DNA of 64,000 bases from positions 32,001 through 96,000 of IMG/VR virus record IMGVR_UViG_3300049595_001870; one strand, given 5' to 3'. The notes under the pieces are model-generated. The model saw only the letters and a list, made by a program, of their open reading frames with translations. It did not search any database and had not been told where the DNA came from. Position numbers and translations under genes: made by a program. Shown here piece after piece: positions 37,454 to 45,368 of this stretch. Origin of the DNA: a virus. Position 1 is the stretch's first letter, and each line of letters starts with the position of its first letter.

Positions 37454-37892
37454 TGGACGCCGGTTCGTTCCTATCGGATTTGCTTCTGCTTACTGGACGA
37501 CGGCTCGTCCTTGCTGCCCGCTTCGGGGGCCGCCTCTTGCCGCCAGTTCTCCACGCCCTCATGGAAATGCCACGCCGCTCACGCATGATGCCGACAAGAA
37601 GCTGGTACTTAATCCGTGTATCAAGCACCCTCTTGCCTCCTGCCCACTCAACATCGGCGTGGCACTCCCCGCACAAGCTGATCAGGCTCGTCAGCCTTTT
37701 GCCACGGAGCGTCTTGGCGTGGTAGTCGATGTGATGGACGCACACGGCCTCGCGCCCGCAGCACTGACAGGTGTGTTGATCCCTGATTCGGACTCGGGCG
37801 CGTATGGAATGCCAGAGCGGTGATGCCAAGTACTCCGCATAGGTGCGAATACCGTTTGGAAAGCTATTCAAAACGGGCATCGCACAACTCAT
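37371..37892 (-). CDS. HNH endonuclease
   Basis: YLASPLW...RDQHTCQCCG...VHHIDY...LISLCGECH. Confidence 0.75.
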   Translation of the reverse strand: MSCAMPVLNSFPNGIRTYAEYLASPLWHSIRARVRIRDQHTCQCCGREAVCVHHIDYHAKTLRGKRLTSLISLCGECHADVEWAGGKRVLDTRIKYQLLVGIMRERRGISMRAWRTGGKRRPPKRAARTSRRPVSRSKSDRNEPASSDPAVDERLAFWRGMEDWQRRNWLAAE

Positions 37893-38466
37893 CCCAGTCC
37901 GGCACAGCCTCCCGGCATTGCGCCAGGATCTCTCGGCAGAAGTCCCTCAGTGCCTCATGGTCATAGCCATCACAGCTCTGCGACATGCGGTACAGCACCT
38001 GCGCGTAGCCGGCCATGAGCGCGCAGTACGTCACCGTCTCGCGGCGGCGCTCCAGCCCAAGCTCCTGGCGGATCTGGCAGCCGCGTAGGTACGCCACCCA
38101 CTCGTCCAAGATCATCAGGGCGTTGGACTCCCAGTACTTGTCGCCGGCCTGCATCAGGTAGGTCTTGTAGATCGCACCCCTGTGATCCGGCGGAATCTGG
38201 GCGAACACCTGCGCCGTCAGCAGCGGCGGAATAGGCAGGTACTCACGCTCGCCGTGGAGCATGTAGATGCCGTGCCAGCCGGCACGCCGGCCGGTGGCCA
38301 GGAAGTGCGAACTCTCATGCCCCCACGTGACCGGGCACGGTTCCCAGGCAGGGCAGTCCTCCGGCAGGCGAGACACCAAATCCCGGAGCGTTGGCGGCAT
38401 CGCCTCGGCCGGCTCCCAGAGAACCGGCAGCTCAATAGCGACGGCAAGCATCATGGCGCCCCACAT
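37864..38466 (-). CDS. Hypothetical protein
   Basis: 200 aa; TWGHESSH may be a metal-binding motif. Confidence 0.5.
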   Translation of the reverse strand: MWGAMMLAVAIELPVLWEPAEAMPPTLRDLVSRLPEDCPAWEPCPVTWGHESSHFLATGRRAGWHGIYMLHGEREYLPIPPLLTAQVFAQIPPDHRGAIYKTYLMQAGDKYWESNALMILDEWVAYLRGCQIRQELGLERRRETVTYCALMAGYAQVLYRMSQSCDGYDHEALRDFCREILAQCREAVPDWDELCDARFE

Positions 38467-39146
38467 ACAGGACCATTGCTCGCCAAGGGCCCTGGCGTGC
38501 GTTCAGACGGCCGTTCGCCCTGGACGGGTGTCCACAGGCCGGGGACTGAGATCGGGCCGTACGCCCACTCTGAGGAGCCGCTGGCGTCGAAGGACGACGA
38601 CTCCGATCGGTAGACCTCCTCCTGCACCCGGTAGCCACGGGAGCGTGGGTCTGGGCTGTCTCCAACAAAGTACCCATCCTTCCACGCCACACGGTTTGTC
38701 GGCAGGGCCGCCAGCCTGCCCGTCGCCAAGGCCAGTACATGTGCGCACTTGGCCTGCTCGGGGCGGGCCAGCCAGCCCGGCGCCGACAGTGAGTCGGGAA
38801 GCCAATCGACAGTGAACAGGTACTCGCCTGGGATCGGGCCACGCCGCGTGTAGCACACGGCCTCATGCTCCAGCAGGTAGGCAAAGACCGTCACCACCGG
38901 GCGAAATGAAAAACAATCCCAGAGCTGGCAGTTCTCCAATTCCTCAGTCGCTGCGCCCTCACGCAGGGCCAGTGCATGGATCGGTAGATTGCGGAAGTGC
39001 GCGCCGCTCTTGAGCATTACATGAAATGCCAGGGCCCTGGCCGGGTAGCTCTGTATGGCGAATGCGTAGCCCTCCTCCTGGCCAGGGCAGCCAGTGGTAA
39101 AGCTGTTGTCTACCCAGACTCGCAGGTATGGGATGTCAGCGTTCAT
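38451..39146 (-). CDS. Conserved phage hypothetical protein
   Basis: Start MNADIPYL at 39146; FHVMLKSGAHFRNLPIHAL and QLWDCFS motifs. Confidence 0.55.
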   Translation of the reverse strand: MNADIPYLRVWVDNSFTTGCPGQEEGYAFAIQSYPARALAFHVMLKSGAHFRNLPIHALALREGAATEELENCQLWDCFSFRPVVTVFAYLLEHEAVCYTRRGPIPGEYLFTVDWLPDSLSAPGWLARPEQAKCAHVLALATGRLAALPTNRVAWKDGYFVGDSPDPRSRGYRVQEEVYRSESSSFDASGSSEWAYGPISVPGLWTPVQGERPSERTPGPLASNGPVCGAP

Positions 39147-39420
39147 ACGTAATCGGCCGTATTGATCCGTGTTTCGTCCGCTCCAGCAGTCCGTCGATGA
39201 CCGCCGCGATCTTGTTGCACTGCACATCGTCCTCGTAGGCGTATATGTCTCGCACTTCCCGCAGGACGGACCGCTCCGCGTCGGTGAGCCGCAGCCGCCT
39301 TATTTCTTCTTGCAGCCATGTGTTCGCCGCCGACAGCCTCGCCGTAGCCATGTGCGTGTTGTGAGAACCAGCGGATGCAAGAGACGGCTCGGCCGCGTCT
39401 CGCGTGTTGTCAGTGTCCAT
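39136..39420 (-). CDS. Small protein starting inside attC-like site 1
   Basis: 94 aa; AGGAG SD and ATG lie within the repeat; N-terminus MDTDNTRDAAEPSLASAGS. Confidence 0.6.
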   Translation of the reverse strand: MDTDNTRDAAEPSLASAGSHNTHMATARLSAANTWLQEEIRRLRLTDAERSVLREVRDIYAYEDDVQCNKIAAVIDGLLERTKHGSIRPITYER

Positions 39421-39454
39421 ATCTCGCCGCTCCTGATCCTTGGCGTTCTGTGGC
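39361..39454 (+). repeat. attC-like recombination site 1
   Basis: GTGAGAAC-cagcg-GATgCAAGAGaCGGC...GCCGCTCCTGATC-cttggc-GTTCTGTGGC; 86 bp AGAAC to GTTCT; two extrahelical bases; 5/6-nt unpaired spacer. Confidence 0.8.
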
Positions 39455-39705
39455 TACTTGCGAGCCTCGCGGATCGCCTTTGCCATCGCATCTTGGATAC
39501 GCGGCGGTATCGGCACAGCCTGCGACTGAATCGCCTTCGGCTTCCTGCCGTAGACCAAAGGCCACACTCTCCAGTCGGCTCTGGTGTCTGCAATCAGCAT
39601 TCGCGCAACAGCATCGGCGTCCTCTTCGCAGCGAAATATCTCATGGTGGTGAAAACGCTCGCCAACGCGAACCACTGCATACGCAACGGGGGTGCGATCA
39701 CTCAT
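39454..39705 (-). CDS. Cassette A cargo protein (hypothetical)
   Basis: 83 aa; stop codon abuts site 1; start coupled to the site-2 leader peptide. Confidence 0.6.
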   Translation of the reverse strand: MSDRTPVAYAVVRVGERFHHHEIFRCEEDADAVARMLIADTRADWRVWPLVYGRKPKAIQSQAVPIPPRIQDAMAKAIREARK

Positions 39706-39707
39706 GT

Positions 39708-39782
39708 CTATACTCCGTTCGCCACAGAACCAGCGGATGCAAGAGACGGCTCGGCATCGTCCTGCGTGTTGTCATCGCTCAT
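39708..39782 (-). CDS. 24-aa leader peptide encoded within attC-like site 2
   Basis: Manual translation MSDDNTQDDAEPSLASAGSVANGV; AGGAG SD; TAG-AC-ATG coupling to 39705. Confidence 0.5.
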   Translation of the reverse strand: MSDDNTQDDAEPSLASAGSVANGV

Positions 39783-39815
39783 AGTTCGCCGCTCCTGATC
39801 CTTGGCGTTCTCACG
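39721..39815 (+). repeat. attC-like recombination site 2
   Basis: GCCACAGAAC...GTTCTCACG; first 30 and last 26 nt of the 86-bp core identical to site 1. Confidence 0.8.
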
Positions 39816-40221
39816 TTGTATCGCCGGTGCCCGGCACGGGTCGCGTCACGGGTTTATCAGTCCCGCCGCTGCCGTGTCCGCCACCGGGTTCCCCAGTTGC
39901 GGAATCTGTTCGGGCTGTCGCCGCCGGCGCGGCGTCATGATTTGTGTCAGAAAAACTCATGCGGTTTTCTTTCGGCGTGAGAACCACGCGCTGCAGCGGA
40001 CCCGCGATGGCGTCGGTTGGTTGTGGTTTCGTCAGCGGTCGCGGGCCGCTGATCTTTGGCGTTCTGTGGCTCACCTCGTCATCCACATGAGGCCAAGATT
40101 CGCTGTGCTGTAGCTCATCCACACCAGAAAGCCAGCCGGCGATCCTCGCCACAACTGTTCGATAGCGACGACGAAGTAGATGATGGCGACGATGAACACT
40201 AGTGGCGCGCTCATTCATCAC
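39811..40221 (-). CDS. ORF reading through site 3 (or 49-aa cassette B peptide from ATG at 39960)
   Basis: 136-aa open frame; TGA stop lies in the outer end of site 2. Confidence 0.4.
   Translation of the reverse strand: MMNERATSVHRRHHLLRRRYRTVVARIAGWLSGVDELQHSESWPHVDDEVSHRTPKISGPRPLTKPQPTDAIAGPLQRVVLTPKENRMSFSDTNHDAAPAATARTDSATGEPGGGHGSGGTDKPVTRPVPGTGDTT
39976..40070 (+). repeat. attC-like recombination site 3
   Basis: CGTGAGAAC-cacgc-GCTgCAGCGGaCCCGCG...CGCGGGCCGCTGATC-tttggc-GTTCTGTGGC; diverged stem but same 86-bp length and extrahelical G/A positions. Confidence 0.8.
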
Positions 40222-40229
40222 CCCACGTG

Positions 40230-40838
40230 CTAATTAGCTTTGCCTTCGCCATCGCCAGCTCCCTCTCCAGCTTTGCTATCCTCTCCCGCAACGTAGCGTT
40301 CAACTGTTTCAGTCGCTCCACCTCCCGCTGCGAATGCTCCTGCCTCTCCATCAATCAGTCCCAGCTTGTGACGCGGATAAAGAATCTCCAACAACGCGCT
40401 TGCCGGCCGTAAGAATTTCTTCGGAGCCTCCAGAATCGGCACCTCATGGCCACGCTCTCGGTCGGTCGTCTTTCCCTCTTTCCATGAGTCGTCTCTGTCC
40501 AAGATCGTCAGCCACACCCATGCCCCGGTCGGCTTGGAAAGAAACACGTAGATCAGATTGATGTGGCTTTCACGCTTCATGCCGCGCAAGTCATCGACAT
40601 ACACGGTGTCATACGGAAAGGACTCCGGCCCATCGAACTTCAGCGACCGCTCTTTCACTTCGATCGCCACCACGGCTGCGGCGTCTGGCGTATCGACATG
40701 TCCGGTGCGCTTGCAGTGCCTCTTGGCGACGATCTTGCGACCATGCGCCACCGCGCACCCGATCTTGCGCATCGTTTCCACCCACTTGCGTTCCGCGCGC
40801 TGGCCTTTAGCCAGCGCTACGGAAAATGAGCGCGCCAT
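40230..40838 (-). CDS. PD-(D/E)XK-like nuclease-fold protein
   Basis: KGQRAERK...TPD...IEVKER pattern; start assumed at MARSF. Confidence 0.45.
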   Translation of the reverse strand: MARSFSVALAKGQRAERKWVETMRKIGCAVAHGRKIVAKRHCKRTGHVDTPDAAAVVAIEVKERSLKFDGPESFPYDTVYVDDLRGMKRESHINLIYVFLSKPTGAWVWLTILDRDDSWKEGKTTDRERGHEVPILEAPKKFLRPASALLEILYPRHKLGLIDGEAGAFAAGGGATETVERYVAGEDSKAGEGAGDGEGKAN

Positions 40839-41376
40839 TGCGATTGGCTCCGAAGAATTGCCGAATGGCAGGATTCGTCTGGCAGACATCACGCCCACGG
40901 AGTACGCCCATCGCCTGCACCCTGGCGCAGCGATGACGAATCACATCTGGCATCGGATCGGTCTTGGTTATGTGACCGACGAACCAGCAAAGCTCCTCCG
41001 GGATTGGCTCGGCCTCCTCAAACTCGGCGCGGTGCGCACGCACCTGAAAGCCCCAGCGGGTGGTCCGGCCAAAGATGTCGCCGATGTCTTCATCCGTGAG
41101 AGTCGGATCGTTCATGGCTATGCAGGCCAGGCGCTCGTCGCTCGGGCAGCGACGGCAGTGCAGGTGGATGCGGATGATGGACTCAAACGCCTGCTCGGCT
41201 TGCTGGCACTGCTCGGCAACTTTTGACACACCCTCACGGTTGATCAGCACGCGGCGAAACACCTCGCGTGCGAAACCCAAGCAGTGATCCAATCGCCTCT
41301 CGCCACGTTCGCTTTTTTGCACGGGGACCCTCCTTGTTTTCGACCTGCGGAGCCGCCGGCCACGCATGATCGACAT
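40807..41376 (-). CDS. Hypothetical protein, possible HTH
   Basis: 189 aa; LTDEDIGDIFGRTTRW segment. Confidence 0.45.
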   Translation of the reverse strand: MSIMRGRRLRRSKTRRVPVQKSERGERRLDHCLGFAREVFRRVLINREGVSKVAEQCQQAEQAFESIIRIHLHCRRCPSDERLACIAMNDPTLTDEDIGDIFGRTTRWGFQVRAHRAEFEEAEPIPEELCWFVGHITKTDPMPDVIRHRCARVQAMGVLRGRDVCQTNPAIRQFFGANRNGALIFRSAG

Positions 41377-41426
41377 CGAACACCTCCCGAAGAATCACAT
41401 CAGCCGTCTGGTCCAGCAGCAGGTCG

Positions 41427-42323
41427 TTACGCTGTTCGTCCATCGATCGCATCTCCTATGCTGGTCACGCCACGCTTGCGCTCCTTGGAACGCACGTACT
41501 CGTCTCGCATGCGGGCGCGCTTCCAAGACTCGTATTCGCCCGCTGTCATCTCGCGGCCGGCGTCTGGCCGGAACACGGCACGCGGCGCCGCAGGAGCAGG
41601 CTCCGCCTCCGCGTACTCCTGAGCGCGGGACAGCCACGCCTTGAGGGCTCGGTTCCAGTCCGTCTTGCGTGCGTAGCCGCGGTTGCTCACGGCGTGCGCG
41701 TGGCACCGGGCCAGCTCGCGGTCGATGTCCACACGCGGGAAGGCTGCCCTCCAAGCCGACCGGGAGATTTCGCAGACCCCCTCAAAGCCGCCTGCCGCCG
41801 TCCAAGAAATCTTTGCAGCAGCGGGCGGACGGATTTTCGTCCGCCTCCTAATACTCTTAAGAGTATCTGGTTCTGGTTCTGGTTCTGGTTGCAGGTTGTT
41901 GACAGGGTTGACAACAGGGTTGTTGACAGGGTTGTTGACAGGGTTGACAACAAGGTTGACAACAGGGCTGGCGGGCAGTCCTTTGGCCGACCTAGCCTTG
42001 GCGACGGCCGATACCTTGCGGTCATAGGCACCCTGCTGCTTGGCCCGCTCTGCCTCCAGCCGGGGGTGCGACAGCCGCTCCTCGCTGGTGCCAGCGTCTA
42101 GGACCACCAGACGCCGCCTACAGACCGCCCAGTCTTCTGGCGACATGCCGCCCGCGATCCGGCAGCACGCCTCCATATCGTTCGGGAGGCCGCTGGAATC
42201 CCAGGCGTACAACAAGAGCCGCATGTACCCCCCAAACTGGGAGCAGGTCATGTCGGCGCAACTGGCCAGGATGTCGCGGGTGTAGACCGGCATCCAATTG
42301 AGTCCCATATCACAGTCCTCCAT
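41427..42323 (-). CDS. DUF1376/YdaU-type replication initiator
   Basis: WMPVYTRDILASCADMT...GGYMRLLLYAW...LPND N-terminus; (NPV)-repeat and PEPEPE linker. Confidence 0.75.
   Translation of the reverse strand: MEDCDMGLNWMPVYTRDILASCADMTCSQFGGYMRLLLYAWDSSGLPNDMEACCRIAGGMSPEDWAVCRRRLVVLDAGTSEERLSHPRLEAERAKQQGAYDRKVSAVAKARSAKGLPASPVVNLVVNPVNNPVNNPVVNPVNNLQPEPEPEPDTLKSIRRRTKIRPPAAAKISWTAAGGFEGVCEISRSAWRAAFPRVDIDRELARCHAHAVSNRGYARKTDWNRALKAWLSRAQEYAEAEPAPAAPRAVFRPDAGREMTAGEYESWKRARMRDEYVRSKERKRGVTSIGDAIDGRTA
41894..41965. repeat. Six 12-bp tandem repeats (GGTTGTTGACAG / GGTTGACAACAG), putative iterons
   Basis: Inside initiator gene, next to palindrome ATACTCTTAAGAGTAT (41851-41866) and hairpin GGCGGACG-N6-CGTCCGCC (41824-41845). 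Confidence 0.7.
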
Positions 42324-42331
42324 GGTGAATG

Positions 42332-42388
42332 AAACCCCCGGGGGCGCAGGAGGTAGGGGAGGCGAAACCTCCGCGCCGCACCCGGGGG
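42332..42388 (-). terminator. Branched GC hairpin between ssb and initiator (terminator or attenuator)
   Basis: CCCCCGGG outer stem with inner GGAGG-TTTCG-CCTCC; only a short U-tract. Confidence 0.45.
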
Positions 42389-42391
42389 AGT

Positions 42392-42778
42392 TCAGAAAGG
42401 GATTCCGCCGTCGTCTTCCTCAAACTTTGGCAACGCCTTTGTGGCGGCCGGCTTTGCTGGCGCAGCAGCCTTGGGTGGCGGCGGCGACATGATCTGCACA
42501 GACTGGACGGTGCAGACAAACGCAGACTTCTCCGCGCCGTCCTTGCCAGTCCACTTCTGCTCTTCAATGCGGCCGGTGAAGGCGACGCGCTGCCCCTTGG
42601 TGAGCAAGGCCAGAAGCCCTGCCGGGCACTCCCAATGCTCACAAGTCAGCCAAGTCGTCTGGTCATTCCGGCCGCCGATCGCCACGCGATAACGGCTCTT
42701 GGTCTTGCCGTTGATGTCCCGGCTCTCTGCGTCACCGCCCAGCCGCCCGGTGAAACAGCACACGTTCATGTCAGCCAT
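42392..42778 (-). CDS. ssb: Single-stranded DNA-binding protein
   Basis: MNVCCFTGRLGGDAE, TTWLTCEHW, LTKGQRVAFTGRI and acidic tail DDGGIPF. Confidence 0.92.
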   Translation of the reverse strand: MADMNVCCFTGRLGGDAESRDINGKTKSRYRVAIGGRNDQTTWLTCEHWECPAGLLALLTKGQRVAFTGRIEEQKWTGKDGAEKSAFVCTVQSVQIMSPPPPKAAAPAKPAATKALPKFEEDDGGIPF

Positions 42779-43403
42779 TGACCACCTCCTCGGCAAAAGC
42801 CCGCTCGTACGCCTGCTCCGCACGGTGGAGCAGCTCCTGATCGACCTCGCCCCGCTTGGCGAACAAACGGAACTTGTCCAGCAGCCGCTGCGACAACTCC
42901 GCGTTGCGTTCCGCCAACGCCTTGCGCAGTTCGTTCTCCGTCGCAGCCGCCTCCAGCACGGCCCGTGGGTTCTTCGCCGCCGGCTTCACTTCTTGCGGCT
43001 GAGACACGGCGTTGGCGTCGTCGTCGTCGCAGCCACTCAGGGCCCCGGTGAGGCAGATCAGCAGCATGCGATGGGCGTAGGTCAGCGCGCTTTTAAAGCC
43101 CTGCATGTCCTGCTTGGAGAAAAACAGCGGTACCGACGCATTGATCTCCTCGCCGCTCCTGTGCCGCAGGCACCCCTCCGCAAACCACAGGCCGTCCACC
43201 AGCCGAGGATGGACGGTCATCGGAGCGAAGCCGTTGGCCGTCAGCGCCTCGGAGATGGCCGCATCGATGTCGCCAACCGTGCTATACGGAGTACCGCGTG
43301 GGTTGGACGGACCTTTGAAAAACGTGTTCAGCCCGCTCTGCTTGGGCTGCCGGAACTGCTGCTTGGCCTTGGCCAGGGCAGCGACGATTGCCTTCTCCTC
43401 CAT
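42771..43403 (-). CDS. ERF-family ssDNA annealing protein
   Basis: ALAKAKQQF...N.FF...YSTVGDI and QGFKSALTYAHR...DDDDAN. Confidence 0.8.
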   Translation of the reverse strand: MEEKAIVAALAKAKQQFRQPKQSGLNTFFKGPSNPRGTPYSTVGDIDAAISEALTANGFAPMTVHPRLVDGLWFAEGCLRHRSGEEINASVPLFFSKQDMQGFKSALTYAHRMLLICLTGALSGCDDDDANAVSQPQEVKPAAKNPRAVLEAAATENELRKALAERNAELSQRLLDKFRLFAKRGEVDQELLHRAEQAYERAFAEEVVNG

Positions 43404-44251
43404 CAGTACACCTCCTCCTTGTTGCGAACCCACGCCGGAATCTCCAGCTCCCTGATCTCCCCGTGATCCAGCGGCAGGTACTCACCTGTCGCCCTCCGCA
43501 GACGAATCAACTCCATCGTTGACAGCATTCGCTCGCCGCACTCAGCGACGTAGTCATGCGGCAGGTAGTACACATGGCATGCGTACGGAGCCGCCGTCTG
43601 GACAAACACAAACGGCATCCGGAACGGACCCATTCCGATGGCCATGGCGCCGTTGACATACAGCCATTCCTGCTCGCCGTAGCCGTAGTCAAAGACCGAG
43701 CGATAGAGCTGGTCCCACTTGGCACTGGTGGTTTTTAGATCCCACCACCTGTCCTGGCAGCAGCCGTCCGGACGAACCTTCAGTCGGTGGCCCTCAAGAT
43801 CAAAGAACACGCTGACCTGCGTCTCGGTGGTGTTCTCCACCAGATCGCGGGCGGCGCTGTTGGCCATGAGCGAGTCCAGCATCTTGCTGTACTGCTCGCA
43901 CTGATCCTGCGTGCAGACGATCACGCCGATCTGCTCGGCCTCCCACGCCTTGTAGGCGTTGGTGCTGCGCGATCCGTTGGACCCCAGCACCTCTTTCGGC
44001 GGGACGCGGATCTGCTCCGCAAGGGTCTTGCCCTCGCAGACGCCTTGGACGATCTGATCGAACTCGCTGCCTCGCCTAGTGGCAGAGTTGCCTGAGAAGA
44101 GCGAGTTGCCTGCGTCCATCCACTGCTGTACCTCGCCGCCACCTTTGGCCACCGCCGAGATGAATGAGCGGCTGTCGAATCCCTTCAGTCGGTGGTATTC
44201 TTCCCCCGGCATGCCGATGACCTTAGTCGGCAGCTTGTCAATGCTGTGCAT
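43403..44251 (-). CDS. Exonuclease VIII-like PD-(D/E)XK nuclease (RecE/DUF3799 type)
   Basis: EEYH, SRS, TETQVS, KVRPDG...WDLKTT, YGEQ..Y; paired with ERF. Confidence 0.8.
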   Translation of the reverse strand: MHSIDKLPTKVIGMPGEEYHRLKGFDSRSFISAVAKGGGEVQQWMDAGNSLFSGNSATRRGSEFDQIVQGVCEGKTLAEQIRVPPKEVLGSNGSRSTNAYKAWEAEQIGVIVCTQDQCEQYSKMLDSLMANSAARDLVENTTETQVSVFFDLEGHRLKVRPDGCCQDRWWDLKTTSAKWDQLYRSVFDYGYGEQEWLYVNGAMAIGMGPFRMPFVFVQTAAPYACHVYYLPHDYVAECGERMLSTMELIRLRRATGEYLPLDHGEIRELEIPAWVRNKEEVY

Positions 44252-44543
44252 TTATGCACTCCCCCTAGAAAAAGAAGCCCCGTCCATGGGGCGAGAAAGC
44301 GATCCGTCAGCCCCTCCGTAGGCGGCGGCCCTCCATGAACCAGCGGACGAACACGGGCAGCTCGCCCAGTGCGATGAGCGTCAGAACGACGCCAGTCATT
44401 TTCACAGTCAGAGCTGCGAAAATGGCGGCCATGAGGAGGCCGCGTAAGATCAGGTAGAGGCGACCAGTGCCGTGGCCAATTGAGCCACGGGCGCTTAGTG
44501 GGTAGAACCCCTCCACGGCCGGCGCTTCTCCCGGAGGAACGCC

Positions 44544-45368
44544 ATGACGATCGCGGAGCTTGCCAACAAATACTGCACCAGAGTCGGAGCCAAGGCCAGC
44601 TACGCCCACCAGTTCCGTGTCCTGACCAGACGCCTGCCTTGGCAGGTCGCCCAACTGTCCGAGGACCGAATCGACGCCTACCTGACCGATGCCCTGGGAC
44701 ATCTCGCGCCCTCCACCGTGGCCAAGCACAGAAGGATGCTGGCCTGCCTCCTCCAGTTCGCACGTAGCGAACGCCTCCTGAACAAACGCACAGTACCACG
44801 CCCCCTGCGAAGGGTCAAGTGCCCCCCGCCCAATCCGCGGGCGTGGAGCCACGCGGACATCCGTGCGCTGCTGTCGGTAGCCGAGCATCTGAAGGGCGGT
44901 ACGCGGCAATGCGCGTACTCGCTGATTGTGCCGGCGTGGATACTGGCTGCGTACAGCACAGGGCTGCGGCGCCAGGATCTGCTGGATCTGCGACATGACG
45001 CCATCCGTGGGTCTAGAGCAGCTGTTCGTCAGGCCAAAACTGGCTGGCCGCATGTCGTCAACCTTGATCCAGCCTCCATTGCTGCGATCAGACGACTCCC
45101 CCGAAAAGGACCGCGCGTGTTTGGCGATCTGATTTCGGCGGTGCAGATCGTAAGGGTAATGCGGAGACTTGTCAAGCAAGCCGGCCTGGACGGCACCGGC
45201 AAATGGCTCAGACGTAGTGGCGCAACGTATTGCGAGGCCGCGGGATACGACGCAAGCGGCCATCTCGGGCACAAGTCGCCGGGCATGAAGATCCACTACA
45301 TCGACCGGCTGCTGCTCGCGGAGATCAGGCCAGACGAGCCGCGCGTGCCGCCGGTGCTAGCTACCTAG
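44544..45368 (+). CDS. Tyrosine recombinase / integrase
   Basis: YSTGLR (R), QAKTG (K), KWLRRS (variant of HxLR), GHLGH (H), HY (Y); GGAGG SD. Confidence 0.85.
   Translation: MTIAELANKYCTRVGAKASYAHQFRVLTRRLPWQVAQLSEDRIDAYLTDALGHLAPSTVAKHRRMLACLLQFARSERLLNKRTVPRPLRRVKCPPPNPRAWSHADIRALLSVAEHLKGGTRQCAYSLIVPAWILAAYSTGLRRQDLLDLRHDAIRGSRAAVRQAKTGWPHVVNLDPASIAAIRRLPRKGPRVFGDLISAVQIVRVMRRLVKQAGLDGTGKWLRRSGATYCEAAGYDASGHLGHKSPGMKIHYIDRLLLAEIRPDEPRVPPVLAT

Noticed and set aside
39139-39146. GCGTTCAT as a fourth, degenerate site closing the leftmost cassette
   Set aside because: Does not match the expected GTTCTCAC, has no stem, and coincides with the next gene's start codon
39361-40070. CRISPR array interpretation of the three repeats
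   Set aside because: Repeats are 86-bp palindromes separated by 170-280-bp gene-containing stretches; no cas genes
41867-41890. (TCTGGT)n hexamer repeat as a separate element
   Set aside because: Encodes the PEPEPE linker common in this initiator family
44337-44347. GAACCAGCGGA matching the start of sites 1 and 2
   Set aside because: 11-bp match with no downstream complementary arm; likely chance within a coding stretch
44440-44500. Intact tRNA gene
   Set aside because: Only the first 19 nt look tRNA-like; no canonical anticodon loop, TTC loop or acceptor pairing follows
44544-45368. Integron integrase (intI) call
   Set aside because: Lacks the IntI-specific insertion, and no attI site is recognisable next to it
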